A stretch of DNA of 64,000 bases from positions 4,054 to 68,053 of the forward strand of contig CAZJPW010000001.1 in NCBI GenBank assembly GCA_964548405.1, given 5' to 3'. The position numbers were made by a program, and so were the translations under genes. Under the pieces are notes generated by a model, which was not told the DNA's origin, made no database searches, and worked only from the letters and a program-made list of their open reading frames with translations. Position 1 is the stretch's first letter; each line of letters starts with the position of its first letter. Below, piece after piece: positions 62,222 through 64,000 of this stretch. The DNA is from an uncultured Candidatus Saccharibacteria bacterium. Lineage in GTDB: Bacteria > Patescibacteriota > Minisyncoccia > Portnoybacterales > UBA2143.

Positions 62222-62995
62222 ATGGATAAATTAATTGTTGGCAATTGGAAATGTAATCCGGTTACCTTGAATGAAGCTAAGAGTCTTTTTAGTATGATTC
62301 ATGGTCGGATTAAAAAGAGTGAACATATAGAGGTAGTTATTTGTCCGCCTTTTGTCTATCTTACTTCTTTAATGAATATATCTCAAGATAAAGTGGTCTT
62401 TGGAGCTCAAGATTGTTTTTGGGAGCAAAATGGGGCTTTTACGGGTGAAATATCTCCTTTAGAACTTAAAAATCTGGGTTGTCAATATGTGATTGTCGGT
62501 CATTCAGAAAGAAGAAAATATCTTAAAGAAACTGATCAGATGATTAATAAGGAAATTAAGGCTGTTTTGAAATCAAGGTTGAAGCCGATTCTTTGTCTGG
62601 GTGAGGAGACCAGAGATACTTTTAATTCTGATGGTAAACCCCTTAATGAAATGAGTCTGGTGGTGGCCGAGCAGTTGGAAAAGGATTTAATTGATGTTCC
62701 GGCTGCCCGGATAAGAGAAATATCAATTGCTTATGAACCTATCTGGGCCATTGGTACAGGCAATGCTTGTTCCTCTGATGATGCCATGAAAGCAAGTTTG
62801 TTTATTCGTAAAACTTTGGCTAAGATGTATAACCGCAGCATTGCGGAAAAGGCTAGGATTATCTATGGAGGCAGCGTTAATAGTAAAAATGTTAATCAAT
62901 ACGTTAAAGAAGCTAGAATGGATGGAGTTTTAGTAGGTGGAGCTTCTTTAAATGCCAGTGAATTTGTTAAAATTATAGAACAAGTCAAATCATGA
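62222..62995 (+). CDS. tpiA: Triosephosphate isomerase
   Basis: The NWKCN motif, catalytic His/Glu, and AYEPIWAIGTG. Confidence 0.9.
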   Translation: MDKLIVGNWKCNPVTLNEAKSLFSMIHGRIKKSEHIEVVICPPFVYLTSLMNISQDKVVFGAQDCFWEQNGAFTGEISPLELKNLGCQYVIVGHSERRKYLKETDQMINKEIKAVLKSRLKPILCLGEETRDTFNSDGKPLNEMSLVVAEQLEKDLIDVPAARIREISIAYEPIWAIGTGNACSSDDAMKASLFIRKTLAKMYNRSIAEKARIIYGGSVNSKNVNQYVKEARMDGVLVGGASLNASEFVKIIEQVKS

Positions 62996-64000
62996 AGTTT
63001 CTTAGGGATTTTAATTTCAAAGATAAGAAAGTTTTAATAAGGGTTGATTTTAATGTTCCGGTAGGTAAGGATAGGAAGGTTGATAGTAAGGAAGATTGGC
63101 GTATTGAAGCCACTCTGCCTAGTATTAATTATTTATTAGATCAAGGGGCTAAATTGATTCTTTTAGCTCATTTGGGTAGGCCGGACGGAGAAGTAATTCA
63201 AGATTTGCGTATGGATCCGGTTGCTAAACGATTAGAAGAGCTTTTAAATAAAAAGGTTGTTAAATTAGATGACTGTTGTGGTCAAGAGGTTGATGAGAGA
63301 ATTGCCAAAATTAAACCAGGCGATGTTATTCTTTTGGAAAATCTCCGCTTCCATTCAGAAGAAAAGGCCAATGACGATGATTTTGCTAAGAAACTGGCTA
63401 GTTATGGAGAAATTTATGTTAATGATGCTTTTGGCGTAGATCATCGGGCCCATGCTTCTTTGGTGGGGATTCCTAAATATATCCCTCATTGTGCTGGATT
63501 ACTTTTGGAAAAAGAGGTTAAAATACTTTCTAAGGTTTTGAGTAAGCCAAAACGTCCCTTGGCCGTAATCATCGGTGGAGTAAAGATTTCTACGAAAATT
63601 AAGTTCATAAAGAAGTTTTTAGCTAAGGCTGATAATTTACTTTTGGGTGGAGCTCTGGCTAATACTGTGATTGCCGCTAAAGGATTTGCTATTGGTCGAT
63701 CAATCAGCGAACAAGAAATGATAGACGAAGTCAAGAAAATGGAACTGACAGATATTAAGCTTCATCTACCAGTTGATACAATTGCTTCAACTGAGCCCTC
63801 GGGTAGGGTGGCTTCCAGGATTGCACCTGTTGGCAATACTAAGGAGCGAGAAATGATCTTGGATATCGGACCAGATACAATTGATCTTTTTAAAGAAATC
63901 ATTCTTCAGGCTGAAACAATTATTTGGAATGGTCCAATGGGTTTGATTGAAGTGGATGAGTTTGTTCAAGGAAGTAAGCAAATAGCTAAAGTTATTGCTC
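62992..64000 (+). CDS. pgk: Phosphoglycerate kinase, 3' partial (runs off the window end; its ATG overlaps the tpiA stop)
   Basis: N-terminal RVDFNVP and LAHLGRP motifs. The frame stays open to position 64000. Confidence 0.85.
   Translation, partial: MKFLRDFNFKDKKVLIRVDFNVPVGKDRKVDSKEDWRIEATLPSINYLLDQGAKLILLAHLGRPDGEVIQDLRMDPVAKRLEELLNKKVVKLDDCCGQEVDERIAKIKPGDVILLENLRFHSEEKANDDDFAKKLASYGEIYVNDAFGVDHRAHASLVGIPKYIPHCAGLLLEKEVKILSKVLSKPKRPLAVIIGGVKISTKIKFIKKFLAKADNLLLGGALANTVIAAKGFAIGRSISEQEMIDEVKKMELTDIKLHLPVDTIASTEPSGRVASRIAPVGNTKEREMILDIGPDTIDLFKEIILQAETIIWNGPMGLIEVDEFVQGSKQIAKVIA

Overview
This is an AT-rich window (about 35-40% GC, by eye) from a small-genome bacterium, with the gene content and order typical of a Candidate Phyla Radiation (Patescibacteria/Parcubacteria-like) lineage; that assignment is an inference from composition and gene content. 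Most of the window is compact core machinery. The str operon runs rpsL-rpsG-(GreA-like)-fusA-(small ORF)-tuf. An S10-spc-like ribosomal operon runs rpsJ through rplO-secY-adk-map with no rpmD (L30). secE-nusG-rplK ends at a terminator with no rplA downstream. Also present are dnaE, thrS, ligA, gatCA, pheST, gyrB, gatB, miaA, a short MiaB-like enzyme, galT, tpiA and pgk. There are five tRNAs (Arg-TCT and His-GTG on +, Asp-GTC and two CAT tRNAs on -), pilMNO, polX and purF. Non-routine items: (1) a one-strand dTMP/one-carbon operon in which a thymidylate-synthase-like domain is fused to an MtrA-like domain and a dCMP deaminase carries an unknown N-terminal domain, followed by glyA and folD; (2) a 436-aa HNH-type intein at the GDSAGG/S site of GyrB; (3) a full-length LexA-like S24 repressor translationally coupled to a MazF/PemK toxin with no cognate antitoxin gene, preceded by TTGACA/TGTCAA inverted repeats that overlap its promoter; (4) a three-gene accessory module between dnaE and ligA (an XRE-HTH protein plus two unknowns) driven by a duplicated promoter element; (5) a possible homing-endonuclease-like HTH ORF embedded in a minus-strand tRNA cluster, whose promoter puts the start site at the mature tRNA 5' end; (6) a 260-nt GC-rich island with no long ORF between the MiaB-like gene and miaA; (7) lineage-specific ribosomal protein variants (zinc-ribbon L24, Cys4 insert in EF-Tu, acidic tail on S12, long tails on L3, L22 and L23). 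No CRISPR array and no rRNA were seen. All calls rest on reading motifs in the supplied translations and sequence; no database search was possible.
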